A stretch of DNA of 64,000 nucleotides. It comes from Escherichia phage vB_EcoM_LMP25. The position numbers were made by a program, and so were the translations under genes. The notes beneath the pieces were generated by a model, which saw nothing but the letters and a program-made list of their open reading frames with translations, was not told the DNA's origin and did no database searches. Shown here piece after piece: positions 38,378-49,244 of the stretch; positions within the stretch are counted from its first letter, which is position 1; each line of letters starts with the position of its first letter. The stretch lies in sequence record MK482688.1. One strand, 5' to 3'.

Positions 38378-38800
38378 TTATTTCTCTCTCAGTTGGTTAA
38401 GTTTCTTTCTAGAACATTTTAAGTTTTCGGATGAAGAAAAGTCAAGTGTCTTTTCAGAACGTGGATAGTAATGTCTATCCCAAGAAGTTTCAACATCATT
38501 AATCAGTGACGCTAGATTACACAGGTCTGTACCACTTTGCAACCTCTTTTTAAGAGAATCTAGTAAAGCAACTGTGTCTTTAGCTTTACGTCTCGCTGTA
38601 GCAACATCTTTCATATGCTCAAATACAGAGCATTTTAAGTCATCTTCATAGTTTTCAGACAACTCTATTTCATGTTGTATATCAACCATTCTCCTGTGAT
38701 GGTGAGCATATTCCCGTTGAGCAGCAATGTCAAGTTCTTCCAACTTCTGCAAAGCTCTAACAAAGTCAGCTATGTCTGGGTGAACAAACATTTTCTGCAT
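38378..38800 (-). CDS. hypothetical protein
   Basis: 140 aa ORF, first gene of - strand block. Confidence 0.5.
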   Translation of the reverse strand: MQKMFVHPDIADFVRALQKLEELDIAAQREYAHHHRRMVDIQHEIELSENYEDDLKCSVFEHMKDVATARRKAKDTVALLDSLKKRLQSGTDLCNLASLINDVETSWDRHYYPRSEKTLDFSSSENLKCSRKKLNQLREK

Positions 38801-39057
38801 GTAAGCCTCTTTTAAGTAACTATTAAGTTTTAATCTTTTATCTTAACGTATTCTATACGTTATACTTTAAAGCTTTTTAAAAGCTATTAAATAATCTTTT
38901 AAGAGTTTTAAAGTATCTGTATAGTTAAACTGTTAAGTAACCTTTTAAGTAAAAACCCACTTCGCAAAGATTAACACCTTGTCAAGTACATTGTCAACTT
39001 GCTTTTTATAATTTTTTGCAGTAATGTATGAGGTTAATGATTTTAGAGGGAGTAAAA
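38801..39057. promoter_or_regulatory. divergent promoter region
   Basis: AT-rich 257 bp between divergent blocks; TTGTCA..TATAAT-like elements; repeated CTTTTAAG words. Confidence 0.5.
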
Positions 39058-41757
39058 ATGGAAAACGTAGATTTTAAAAACTTACATTTAGTTGGTGATA
39101 CAGAAACTGATGGTTTACTCCTTGAGTTCACTAAAGTGCACGTAATGGCTTTCGCAGACTATAAATCTGACGATGAAGAGCCACCTGTATGGGTCTTTAC
39201 AGATGAGCCTATCCTCGGTCACAAGTACACTAAGTACATCAAGGGTGGTTTACGTGAAGGTGTTGAGTTTGCGTTAAAGGCAAAACGACTTTGCATCCAT
39301 AACGGCCTCGGTTATGACTGGTGGGTTTTCAATCACATTGCACCTGATTTATGGAACTTTGATAATCCAAAGTGTAAACCGTGGAGTAATTTCTTTCAGG
39401 ATTCTCTTATCCAGTCTCGTGTTCAGTGGATGGATAGACCAACTCCAAAGGGTTATAAAGGTGCTCATGGTTTGGCTGCATGGGGTGCTCGTGTTGGTGT
39501 TCGTAAACCAGAGATTGAACATTGGGGTGTGTGGAATGCAGAAATCTTCACTCGTGTTGTAGAAGATATCCGTATTAACGCCAAAACTAAACGGGCACTT
39601 GATAATGAATATCTCAAGCTTAAGAAGTGTGGCATAGACACTTATGAAACCTACATGCGAGCTAAAGAAACATCTTTCTGGATGAGTCAACAAGCTATCA
39701 ATGGCTGGAAAGCTGATAAAGAGCTTATGGAGTTCCATGTAAAGGAACTTGACAAGTTGACTAATGAGCTTGCTTCAGAGGTTGAACCACATCTACCTCC
39801 AACTATTAAGACTAAAGGTAAAGTCACTGGAGAAGAGTTTGCAAAAGCTTGGAATGAGTATGTTGAATCGTTCGGTCATGCAGATGGACTGAAGAGAATT
39901 ACCAAGTACCCTAAGACAAAGTACCGTCAGCAGGTACGTAACGGTGAGATGCAGACATATGAAATCAAGCCATTTGGTAAGCCAACTACAAAGATTTTTA
40001 ACATTGAAAAGAGAAATTGCTATACACCAACCAACTCTGTAACTGGTGAAGAGTACAAGGAAGGCTTTGTAGCAATGAAGGATGCTCGTGCAATTTGCAA
40101 TGAGTTGAATGCAAAGATTGGTAAGAAATGCAAAGACTGGAAGCCAGTAAAAACAGTCAAAACTGTGAAGTACTACAACAGTCATGTTGTTAACCACTTT
40201 GAACTTGAGTCAAGTCGCTATACAGGTTTGATTGATGCACCATATACACCAATTGAGTTCGAAGTTTCTCGTATGACTCAGGTAGCAGTTGTTAAAGACT
40301 ACTTGAAATCAGTTGGTTGGATTCCAGATGACTGGAACTACAAGAAAGACTCAGATGGTCGCCCTGTCAAAGTTTGTCGTTTCAAAGACAACAAAAAGAT
40401 GATTACAAAGCATCCTAAGTGGCAGGAGATGGTTGAACGGTGTGGCTTGAGTTATGTTGAACATGAAGGTGTCCAGTACATTGAGCATAACTGGTCTGTG
40501 AAGAAGTACACAGATTTGCTTGAGCCTTGCTTAATCCGTACTTCACCAAAACTTACTGAATCATCTTATGATACGATTGAAGGCGAGCTTGGACAGAAGA
40601 TTGCTAAATACTATACTTTGATGCACCGACGTAGAACTATTGAGAACTCAAAGGATGATGAAAAAGGTTGGTTGAACCAGATTCGTCCTGATGGTCGCCT
40701 TAGTGCTGGTGCAATGGTGTTTGGTACTTCAACTGGACGTATGACACAATATGGTATTGTAAACGTACCGTCTGGTGCTGCTGTCTATGGGGAACCAATG
40801 AGGGCAGTGTGGATTTGTGAAGAAGGTACTAACGTCGTCTCTGTAGACATGAACTCAGCCCAGCTAGTTCTTCTTTGTAACTTTATGGGTGACAAAGACT
40901 TCACCAAAGCGGTGACGCAAGGTAAAGAAGAGATTGAGTTTATTCGTCAAGAAGATGGACGCTATTACTGCAAACATTTTGATGAGTACCTCAATCCAGA
41001 GATTGATAAGTACCTTCGCTATGACTCTGAGAATGACCTTTACGTTGTCTATTCAGGGACTGATGCACACACACTGAACAGTATTTACTTTAGCTTGAAT
41101 GATGAGCAGGATATCTTGACTTGTCGAGCTACTCAGGATGAGAATCTTCTTCATGAGATTAGTAAAGGTCGTAAGAAAGCTAAGAATGGTATCTATGCAC
41201 TGCTGTTCGGTGCAGGGGATGAGAAGTTTGCTAAGACGATTAAAGCTGCAACTACTCAGGAAGGTGCACTGACTAAACAAACTTACTTTATTCGTTTGCC
41301 TAAAATTAAGAAGCTACTAGATGACTTGGAAGCTGACTACAAAGCAACTAAAAAGGCACTTGAAGAGGTGTTTGGTAAGACTGCTGCAATCTCTAAAGGG
41401 GGTTTTGTAAAGGTTGCTGGAGCTTGGTTGTGGTGTAAATCTCCACATAAGTTATTGAATTATTTGCTCATGGGTTCAGAGGCTCAGATTCAAAATGAGG
41501 CAATTAACCTTGCTTGTAGAAGAGCATGTGAAGAAGGATTGACAAAATTAAATGGACGAAAACCAGCAATTGGTGCTAGGCTTTTGCTGGCATACCACGA
41601 TGAAAACAGTTGGGAATGCCCAGAAAGTATGACTCAAGAAGTTAAAGCCATAACTGACTGGATGTATGGTCAGGCATCTAAGAATTTAGGTTTGAAGAGT
41701 GAGACGCTTGTAACTGGCACAGGTAAGGTTGGTAAGAGCTGGTTGGAAGTACATTGA
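39058..41757 (+). CDS. DNA polymerase (family A, with 3'-5' exonuclease domain)
   Basis: Exo motif VGDTETDGL; motif A VVSVDMNSAQL; motif B KAKNGIYALLFG; motif C YHDE; ATG at 39058 after AGAGGGAG. Confidence 0.85.
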   Translation: MENVDFKNLHLVGDTETDGLLLEFTKVHVMAFADYKSDDEEPPVWVFTDEPILGHKYTKYIKGGLREGVEFALKAKRLCIHNGLGYDWWVFNHIAPDLWNFDNPKCKPWSNFFQDSLIQSRVQWMDRPTPKGYKGAHGLAAWGARVGVRKPEIEHWGVWNAEIFTRVVEDIRINAKTKRALDNEYLKLKKCGIDTYETYMRAKETSFWMSQQAINGWKADKELMEFHVKELDKLTNELASEVEPHLPPTIKTKGKVTGEEFAKAWNEYVESFGHADGLKRITKYPKTKYRQQVRNGEMQTYEIKPFGKPTTKIFNIEKRNCYTPTNSVTGEEYKEGFVAMKDARAICNELNAKIGKKCKDWKPVKTVKTVKYYNSHVVNHFELESSRYTGLIDAPYTPIEFEVSRMTQVAVVKDYLKSVGWIPDDWNYKKDSDGRPVKVCRFKDNKKMITKHPKWQEMVERCGLSYVEHEGVQYIEHNWSVKKYTDLLEPCLIRTSPKLTESSYDTIEGELGQKIAKYYTLMHRRRTIENSKDDEKGWLNQIRPDGRLSAGAMVFGTSTGRMTQYGIVNVPSGAAVYGEPMRAVWICEEGTNVVSVDMNSAQLVLLCNFMGDKDFTKAVTQGKEEIEFIRQEDGRYYCKHFDEYLNPEIDKYLRYDSENDLYVVYSGTDAHTLNSIYFSLNDEQDILTCRATQDENLLHEISKGRKKAKNGIYALLFGAGDEKFAKTIKAATTQEGALTKQTYFIRLPKIKKLLDDLEADYKATKKALEEVFGKTAAISKGGFVKVAGAWLWCKSPHKLLNYLLMGSEAQIQNEAINLACRRACEEGLTKLNGRKPAIGARLLLAYHDENSWECPESMTQEVKAITDWMYGQASKNLGLKSETLVTGTGKVGKSWLEVH

Positions 41758-41767
41758 TGGTGTTGAA

Positions 41768-42280
41768 ATGATTACAGAAATTCGTCTTAAGGAGCTATTG
41801 GACTACGACCCCGAAACAGGGGTCTTTACTTGGAAGTTTAGAGAAGGTAATGCAAACTTTAACTCTAGATTTGGAGGTAAGAGGGCTGGAAACTACAGAA
41901 CAAATACTGATGGACACAAGTCAGTTCAGTTGCTGATTGATGGAAGGGGTTACCAAGCAAATCGTTTAGTTATCTTGTATATGGATGGATATCTACCTGA
42001 TAAAACCTTACAGGTTGACCATAAGAATGGGGACGGTTGGGACAATAGGTACTTGAATTTAAGGGTTTGTACAGCTTCACAAAACTCTTGCAATCGGTCA
42101 AGAGAGTCCCCATCTGGGTTGCCAAAAGGTGTACAGAAGATAAGTAAAAGGTTTCGAGCAATGATACGTTTACAAGGTAAAAACTATCATCTTGGTATGT
42201 TTGACACACCAGAAGAAGCCCATAAAGCTTACTGTGAAGCTGCTATTAAACTCCACGGAGAGTTTGCAAAACTAAGTTGA
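41768..42280 (+). mobile_element. HNH homing endonuclease with AP2 DNA-binding domain
   Basis: HNH motif DHKNGDGWDNRYLNLRVCTASQN plus AP2-like GVQKISKRFRAMIRLQGKNYHLGMFDTPEEAHKAY. Confidence 0.75.
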
Positions 42281-42331
42281 CAAGGTGCTCAGGGAAGAGT
42301 ACCTTATACTACATCTTGTATAGGAGGGCTT

Positions 42332-42541
42332 ATGAGTCACCGTGGAAGAACCCATGCAGCGATGATGAAAGGTGCTTCAAAGGAAACTATCAAGAACCGT
42401 AAGCAGAAGTTGTTTGAGAGAATGAACAGGCTAATTGATAATACTTCCCTGTCTGGTGGTGAGAAAGTTTTCCTTAAAAGTAACCTTAAAAGCATTGCAC
42501 AAGAACTTGTAGATATTGAATATTGGAGACATCAAAAATGA
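42332..42541 (+). CDS. hypothetical small basic protein
   Basis: 69 aa; AGGAGGG 5 nt upstream of ATG. Confidence 0.5.
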   Translation: MSHRGRTHAAMMKGASKETIKNRKQKLFERMNRLIDNTSLSGGEKVFLKSNLKSIAQELVDIEYWRHQK

Positions 42542-42756
42542 CACTTGCAGACGTTATTCAGCAACTTCATGATAACTGCTATACTCCAGAGCTGATTCAG
42601 GAGATGTGCATTGTAGTCATGCCTAGTAGGTTCGTAAAAACCTTTAACAGCGACACTTTAAGGTCTGCACACATTCTTATTGTTGAAGGTAAGATTGCAA
42701 AAGACCGTACTGGAGTACTCAAAGGTGAACGTATTGATATTCTGGAGTTGCTATGA
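42538..42756 (+). CDS. hypothetical protein
   Basis: ATGA overlap; GGAG upstream; track start 42523 is TTG. Confidence 0.45.
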   Translation: MTLADVIQQLHDNCYTPELIQEMCIVVMPSRFVKTFNSDTLRSAHILIVEGKIAKDRTGVLKGERIDILELL

Positions 42757-43022
42757 AGAAAATGTACAGTCTCTGGGGAAGTATTATGTGGAAAGCAGTA
42801 ATTGCGCTTGGTGTTGTTTTTCTATCTGGCTGCAACCCTTCTTATGAAGATAAAAATGCTTCTTACAGTCTCCCACCAGAGATGCAAGATTGCAGAGTAT
42901 ACAAGTTACATGGTGATGCTATAAGCAGGGATATTGTTGTTGTCAGATGCCCAAACTCTCAAACAACAACATCTTATAGCTATGGCAAAAATGGTCAATC
43001 ACATACTACGGTTATTGAGTGA
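42753..43022 (+). CDS. putative lipoprotein
   Basis: Signal peptide ending in lipobox FLSG-C; GGAG upstream. Confidence 0.5.
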   Translation: MKKMYSLWGSIMWKAVIALGVVFLSGCNPSYEDKNASYSLPPEMQDCRVYKLHGDAISRDIVVVRCPNSQTTTSYSYGKNGQSHTTVIE

Positions 43023-43032
43023 GGTTTTCACG

Positions 43033-43239
43033 ATGGAAGTATTAGTAAACTATATCTACCGTTATGATACTGTTCACACCACTACAACCGTAGCTCAACG
43101 TAACCCAATCGTCCCACGAGAAGGTGAGTTGGTTCGCATCGAGGGTTGGACTTACACTGTGGAAAGTATCATTCATAAGTTTGATGTTGCTGGTGATGTT
43201 CAAGTTATCGACGTGGAAATTGGCGGTAAGAGAAAATGA
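43033..43239 (+). CDS. hypothetical protein
   Basis: ATG at 43033 after GAGG; track start 42934 overlaps the lipoprotein gene. Confidence 0.4.
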   Translation: MEVLVNYIYRYDTVHTTTTVAQRNPIVPREGELVRIEGWTYTVESIIHKFDVAGDVQVIDVEIGGKRK

Positions 43240-43403
43240 AATCTAAGCAAACAATGACAGATGCAATCTTCACAGTACACAGTTTCGAAAGGTTGCACAT
43301 TAAAGATGCAAAAAATACACCAAAATGCGTTGTACATTTCATTAAAAGACGTAGTGATAGGTCTTATATAAAATCTGACACAGGCGAGAGTACAAATGGG
43401 TAA
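43236..43403 (+). CDS. hypothetical small protein (55 aa)
   Basis: Not in ORF track; ATGA overlap with upstream stop; fills otherwise empty gap. Confidence 0.3.
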   Translation: MKSKQTMTDAIFTVHSFERLHIKDAKNTPKCVVHFIKRRSDRSYIKSDTGESTNG

Positions 43404-43614
43404 AGATAATAAATTTCAGAACGCAGTTCTTACAGAAGATGGTGAGCTTGAAGCATTCATTCTTCGTGTTGATGGTAAGTTATTCCGGTGTCGTTGTGGG
43501 TCAAACTGTTTCCATAAACCAGATAAAAACGACTTAGAGCTTTACGCATGTAATGCTTGCAACACTTGGTATCACTCAGAGGTTAAAAATGACAATTCTG
43601 TACAAACAAAATAA
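43396..43614 (+). CDS. small zinc-ribbon protein
   Basis: CRCGSNC ... CNACNTWYH cysteine pairs. Confidence 0.45.
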   Translation: MGKDNKFQNAVLTEDGELEAFILRVDGKLFRCRCGSNCFHKPDKNDLELYACNACNTWYHSEVKNDNSVQTK

Positions 43615-44692
43615 AGATGGTTCCTTCAACGTCTGGTCATGTGTTGCTGTAGGTGACAAAGTTATCACAACCTATGGTAAAGAAAATGGCAAGATGATGT
43701 TTGAAGAGTACACAGCAGAGCCTAAGAACATCGGTAAAAAGAATGAGCGTAATGCTGAACAGCAAGCTCTCTTTGAAGTTGCTGCTAAGTATAAAAAGCA
43801 AGTTGACCGTAAAGGGTATGCTTACACAAAAGAGTCTGCACAGAATACTGAGAAGGTAGGTGTACAGCTTGCTCATGATGCTGCAAAGGTTAGTCATGCA
43901 AAGTATCTGAAGTTCCCTGCTGATGCTCAACCAAAACTGGATGGTGTACGTTGTAGAATTTCAAGACACTTAAGTATTGGTAGTGTATTTACAGCATATT
44001 CTCGTGAGAACACTATTTATAAAATTCCTACTGAGCTAATACCTGACATTATGGCAATGTTGAGGCTCCATAAAGACGTTGATGAATTTGATGGTGAAAT
44101 CTATGCTCATGGGTTGGACTTAGAAGATATTGTCTCCATGATTAAAAATGAAGACAATCCTGACCGACATCTACTCAAGTTTTACTGGTATGATATCTGT
44201 GACAGTACTAAGACGTGGCCTGAGCGTAGAGATATTATTGAGACTTCACCATTGAATGACTTCAGAGACGGCTGTAAAGTTGTTCCTGTTAAGTCTCGTC
44301 GTGTAAATTCTTGGGAAGAGTTTGATGAAGCCCATGATAAGTGGGTTGAAGCTCAGTTTGAAGGTGCAATGTACCGTTCAATCTCTGAAGACTCATTCTA
44401 TGAGTGTTGTCACCGTTCATACTTCTTGATTAAGCACAAGAAGATGCACACTGAAGAGTTTAAAGTGACTGGTGTAAAGACTGATAAACGTGGTCATGGT
44501 AAGTTCGTTGTAGAGACTCTTCCTAACGTCTTTGTAGATGTTTCATGGAAAACTACACACGAGAAGAAACAGTATCTTGCTGAACATCCTGAAGAGTTTA
44601 TCGGGAAACCTTTAACTGTTCAGTTCCAGAAGATGACTCGTAAGGGTTCTTTACAGTTTCCTGTAGGGCTAGTTATTAGGGATTATGAGTAA
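43589..44692 (+). CDS. ATP-dependent DNA ligase
   Basis: Adenylation motif KLDGVRC; ATG at 43589 after GAGGT (track start 43553 also possible). Confidence 0.65.
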   Translation: MTILYKQNKDGSFNVWSCVAVGDKVITTYGKENGKMMFEEYTAEPKNIGKKNERNAEQQALFEVAAKYKKQVDRKGYAYTKESAQNTEKVGVQLAHDAAKVSHAKYLKFPADAQPKLDGVRCRISRHLSIGSVFTAYSRENTIYKIPTELIPDIMAMLRLHKDVDEFDGEIYAHGLDLEDIVSMIKNEDNPDRHLLKFYWYDICDSTKTWPERRDIIETSPLNDFRDGCKVVPVKSRRVNSWEEFDEAHDKWVEAQFEGAMYRSISEDSFYECCHRSYFLIKHKKMHTEEFKVTGVKTDKRGHGKFVVETLPNVFVDVSWKTTHEKKQYLAEHPEEFIGKPLTVQFQKMTRKGSLQFPVGLVIRDYE

Positions 44693-44695
44693 ACT

Positions 44696-44842
44696 ATGTT
44701 CAGTACAGTCATTCTGTTTATACTGGTTGTCTTTGTATTATCATACATTGCAAGTAAGCTTTTGGACACATCTTTTGCAATGGGTGTTTTGTTCACAATC
44801 TTTTGTTTTGTAACACATATAGCTATCAGGACTTTTATATAA
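44696..44842 (+). CDS. small membrane protein (48 aa)
   Basis: Not in ORF track; two hydrophobic helices; starts 4 nt after ligase stop. Confidence 0.35.
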   Translation: MFSTVILFILVVFVLSYIASKLLDTSFAMGVLFTIFCFVTHIAIRTFI

Positions 44843-44879
44843 AAAGTTGTTGACATAGAAAATTTGGTGAGTATACTGA

Positions 44880-45850
<971 letters not shown>

Positions 45851-45852
45851 TT

Positions 45853-46293
45853 ATGAATACAAAAGCATTAGCAGCAAAGTTTAGTTACGGTGACACTGTA
45901 TCACATTCTGAGATGGATACCTTCTTAGGTATTGTGAAGCCAACTTATCAAGGTGACATTGTTAAGTACGAAGATGAAATGAAGGCTTATGCACTTACAC
46001 GACTAAACCGACTTGAGAAGTTTATTGAAAAGCTTCTTAAAGAAGAGAAGATTTATCTGGTTGCTTCAATGGGTGTTGGTTATCGTGTTGTTGAACCTAA
46101 GCATCAAGCAACTATTGCAAAACGTAAAATGTCTGGTAAGATTGGTCGAGCTTTAAAGCAAGCTACTCAAGCGATTGAGAATGTGAACACTATGGCACTT
46201 AGTCACCAAGAACGTTCACGACTGATTGAACAGCAAAATCACTTAGCTGCTATGAAAGCTAATATTAACAAGCAACGCAGAAAACCTTTCTAA
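45853..46293 (+). CDS. hypothetical protein
   Basis: 146 aa, tightly coupled to upstream gene. Confidence 0.5.
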   Translation: MNTKALAAKFSYGDTVSHSEMDTFLGIVKPTYQGDIVKYEDEMKAYALTRLNRLEKFIEKLLKEEKIYLVASMGVGYRVVEPKHQATIAKRKMSGKIGRALKQATQAIENVNTMALSHQERSRLIEQQNHLAAMKANINKQRRKPF

Positions 46294-46303
46294 GTTGACT
46301 AGG

Positions 46304-46326
46304 TAGCCTCTTCGGAGGCTCCTTTT
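46304..46326 (+). terminator. rho-independent terminator
   Basis: GTAGCCTC-TTCG-GAGGCTCC followed by TTTTT. Confidence 0.6.
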
Positions 46327-46660
46327 TAAAAGGTCTTTAAACAGGGTCTTTTAACAAGGCTTAGCTTGGTTAGGTATGGTAAGGTGGTGTTTGGTGTTGT
46401 AAGGTATGGGTAGTTAATCGGAGCTACATAAAAATTCGATTACATCACTTAAGAGTCTTTTAAGAGGGTTTTTAAGTGAGGTGTGGCACAGTAATGTTAG
46501 GTAGGGTCAGGTCAGGTCAGGTGAGGTAATGTATGGAAGGATGGCAGTAGCCTTATAAAAAATCTGCCAAATAAGCTATAAAATCTGTTGACAAGTCAGG
46601 TGTTATAGCTTATTTTTATACTCAATGTAATACAAAATTTAATATAACTTTGAGGTCATT
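46327..46660. repeat. C-depleted GT-rich modular repeat region B
   Basis: Same leader motifs and stem-loop tails as region A but in swapped order; TTGACA-like promoter near 46580. Confidence 0.55.
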
Positions 46661-47044
46661 ATGAAAAAGATTTTATTAGCTGCTGCAATGGTTATGGCAA
46701 TGAATTTACCAGTCAATGCAACAGAACTTCCAAATGTGGACTTATCAGGTGTTCCAGAAGACACTTGCCAGATTGTAAAAGGTGTTGCTCTAGCTAATGG
46801 TGAGTTACTTAAACCAATCTCTGAAGAGTCTTTGACAGAGATGACTGATAAGGTGACTGACTATCAATATCGCGTTCTTGCAGAGTATTTCCTGCAATCT
46901 GCAAATATTAAAGAGAAACACCATGATGATATTGATGTACAGGCGATGCTCAATCATCGTATCCAGTTTAAAGAAGATTTGATGCAAAAAGCTATGTACG
47001 GTGTTGAGTATTTCTTAGAAAACAGAAGCTGCACAGGTATTTGA
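46661..47044 (+). CDS. secreted/periplasmic protein
   Basis: Signal peptide MKKILLAAAMVMAMNLPVNA; GAGG upstream. Confidence 0.5.
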   Translation: MKKILLAAAMVMAMNLPVNATELPNVDLSGVPEDTCQIVKGVALANGELLKPISEESLTEMTDKVTDYQYRVLAEYFLQSANIKEKHHDDIDVQAMLNHRIQFKEDLMQKAMYGVEYFLENRSCTGI

Positions 47045-47045
47045 T

Positions 47046-47258
47046 ATGGCTCTTAAAAAGTTACATCCCAGAAGCGGTTATGGTAAGATAATTGACGATA
47101 CAGACGGCTTTACAGTCTTTACAGTTATCTGTCAAGATGATTCACAGATTGAAAAGGCTCTTGATGATTATCTTAACGATGAACGTGAAAAGGTTAGGGC
47201 TACAAACATAGATTCATTGATTGACACTTCACGCAAACGGAAGAAGAAAGATGAATGA
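47046..47258 (+). CDS. hypothetical protein
   Basis: 70 aa ORF. Confidence 0.45.
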   Translation: MALKKLHPRSGYGKIIDDTDGFTVFTVICQDDSQIEKALDDYLNDEREKVRATNIDSLIDTSRKRKKKDE

Positions 47259-47550
47259 AGCTTTTGACCCTTATGCTCCACAAGATGATTGGGAGGCTGA
47301 TAGAGAGGCTGAAATGGAGAGTTATATTTGTCCAATGGATGTAGACGAAATGAGAGACTTCGTTGCACATCGTTTTAAGAGAGAGATTAAATCCAGAGGT
47401 CTTTCTCAAGAGCAAGTTGCTAAAATTTGTGGCATCTCTCAAGCTCGTGTATCCAACATAATCCACCTCACTGGTAATGTTTCCCTTGAGTATATGTTGG
47501 AAGTATGTGAAAAATTTGGTGTTAATTTTAATTTAAGGTTGGCAGATTAA
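47251..47550 (+). CDS. helix-turn-helix DNA-binding protein (XRE-like)
   Basis: LSQEQVAKICGISQARVSNI HTH; ATGA overlap start at 47251. Confidence 0.5.
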   Translation: MNEAFDPYAPQDDWEADREAEMESYICPMDVDEMRDFVAHRFKREIKSRGLSQEQVAKICGISQARVSNIIHLTGNVSLEYMLEVCEKFGVNFNLRLAD

Positions 47551-47551
47551 T

Positions 47552-47911
47552 ATGAAACGTGAAAACATTATCCACTCTGAAAACTTCGCATTAGGCTTTT
47601 ATGGTGTCCCTACTCACCTTGAAAAGTATTATGGTGTGAAGATTCTCTCCAATCTCATTATGGCTTACAAAGATGGTAAGATTAAGCATACTGAGAAGAA
47701 ACGTGTCATGGGCTATATGGCTGTTGGTTCAGCAATCTCGAACATTAAGTTGGAAACAACTAGCAGTCAGATTGTAAAAGACCACTTCATCAAAGAGCTT
47801 TACCAAAATCTTGATGGTGTAGATGTTCAGGCTGTTTGGCTAGATGTTGATGGTCACAACTACACAAGTTTCGTTTTCAAAAACGATGACATTAAGTGTC
47901 TGTTCCCATAA
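47552..47911 (+). CDS. hypothetical protein
   Basis: 119 aa ORF. Confidence 0.5.
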   Translation: MKRENIIHSENFALGFYGVPTHLEKYYGVKILSNLIMAYKDGKIKHTEKKRVMGYMAVGSAISNIKLETTSSQIVKDHFIKELYQNLDGVDVQAVWLDVDGHNYTSFVFKNDDIKCLFP

Positions 47912-47924
47912 TAGGTGATTAACG

Positions 47925-48440
47925 ATGATTGATATCTACTTACAAGATGCTCATGCAGATTTCCTTAAAGAGATGCTTAAAAAGTTTATGGCTTCACAGT
48001 ATGAGAATGAAGCATCTTTTAAAATAGTTACATGTGGTGACGAAGCTGGTTTTGTTGAGATTGAACATGAAGGTACTGGAAAGACTGTTTGTAAGCTACC
48101 TGATAGCATGTTCTCTAAAACGTTCTTAACAAAGACTAGTATAAATGTTAAGCTTGTTCCTCAGATTGAAACATACTCTGGTACAGATTACCCTAAAGGC
48201 TTCAAGTCACTGATGAAACACTTCTTAGATGACTTTGTGAGTAATCTTCTAAGTGAGGTAACAGAAAGCCGTACAATATTAACTGTAGAGAATATAGGGA
48301 ACACTATCAGGGTTACTTCTGACCGATATTCTATGAGCCTCTTCGACTTTGTACCTAAGAACTTTGATGGTATTCTGGATGAAGAAGATGACTGTGTAGA
48401 CTTTATATTGGTTCTTGAACCAGTTTTTGAGGTTAAATAG
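47925..48440 (+). CDS. hypothetical protein
   Basis: 171 aa ORF, GGTG upstream. Confidence 0.5.
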   Translation: MIDIYLQDAHADFLKEMLKKFMASQYENEASFKIVTCGDEAGFVEIEHEGTGKTVCKLPDSMFSKTFLTKTSINVKLVPQIETYSGTDYPKGFKSLMKHFLDDFVSNLLSEVTESRTILTVENIGNTIRVTSDRYSMSLFDFVPKNFDGILDEEDDCVDFILVLEPVFEVK

Positions 48441-48701
48441 ATGAAAATTGAACACTGCTATGAGTCTGATGGAACACCTATCCGTTGTCCACATTGCGGG
48501 TGTACAGACTTACAAGGTGAGGTAAGTGAAATAGTCAACGGTCATATTGCTGAAGAAAGTACCCGATGCACAGGGTGTAATGAAATTATCGCTTTCTGGG
48601 CTTATGGTTCATACCAACCATCTCCACATTTTATCTACCATCGTAGTAAAGTTGTGAAGAGTGTTATCAACTGGTTCATTAAGAAAGGATTTACAAAATG
48701 A
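48441..48701 (+). CDS. small zinc-ribbon protein
   Basis: CPHCGC ... CTGCNE cysteine pairs. Confidence 0.45.
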   Translation: MKIEHCYESDGTPIRCPHCGCTDLQGEVSEIVNGHIAEESTRCTGCNEIIAFWAYGSYQPSPHFIYHRSKVVKSVINWFIKKGFTK

Positions 48702-49243
48702 TTAAATTAATCTTTGCAAGTGGTGAAAATGGTGAGTTTGGTACTCCAACTGGTATGCCGTGGCCTCGACATAAACAGGACATGCAAGAGTTTAAGAGAC
48801 TCACTAAAAACAACTTAGTAGTGATGGGTAATGAGACTTTCAAGACTCTGGGGAGTAAGCCTTTACCAGAACGCGCAAACCTCATCTTAACAAACTCTGT
48901 ACCATACTTAGGCATAGACTTTGGCAAAGATGATGTAATGTATGCTAAGGCCAGCAAAGAATCCTTTGGAGCATTTTTGAAGTATCTTGATAGCTCTATT
49001 GATGAAGATGTCTTTGTAATTGGTGGTGCAGGTGTTCTTGTCGATGCTTTGCCGTATGCTGGTGTGGTGTTCCATACAGTCTTCCATAAAGTTACTGAAG
49101 AGGCCACTGTGCATTTACCTTTTGAAAACTTCTTTGCGAAGCTGTATGATAACCGTGTATTTACAAAGGTACAGTCAAAACCATCAGAGGATGGTAAAGC
49201 AACTTTTGAAATTTATGTTCCACAAGTAAAAGGACACTTTTGA
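48698..49243 (+). CDS. frd: dihydrofolate reductase
   Basis: GENGEFGTPTGMPW and VVMGNETFKTL match DHFR motifs; upstream of thymidylate synthase. Confidence 0.8.
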   Translation: MIKLIFASGENGEFGTPTGMPWPRHKQDMQEFKRLTKNNLVVMGNETFKTLGSKPLPERANLILTNSVPYLGIDFGKDDVMYAKASKESFGAFLKYLDSSIDEDVFVIGGAGVLVDALPYAGVVFHTVFHKVTEEATVHLPFENFFAKLYDNRVFTKVQSKPSEDGKATFEIYVPQVKGHF

Positions 49244-49244
49244 T

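Noticed and set aside
36557-39057. ORF-track N-termini at 36562, 39028, 20639, 8672, 6617, 42523 and 45248
   Set aside because: These starts are TTG or GTG codons picked by the ORF finder; a nearby in-frame ATG with a Shine-Dalgarno sequence was used instead.
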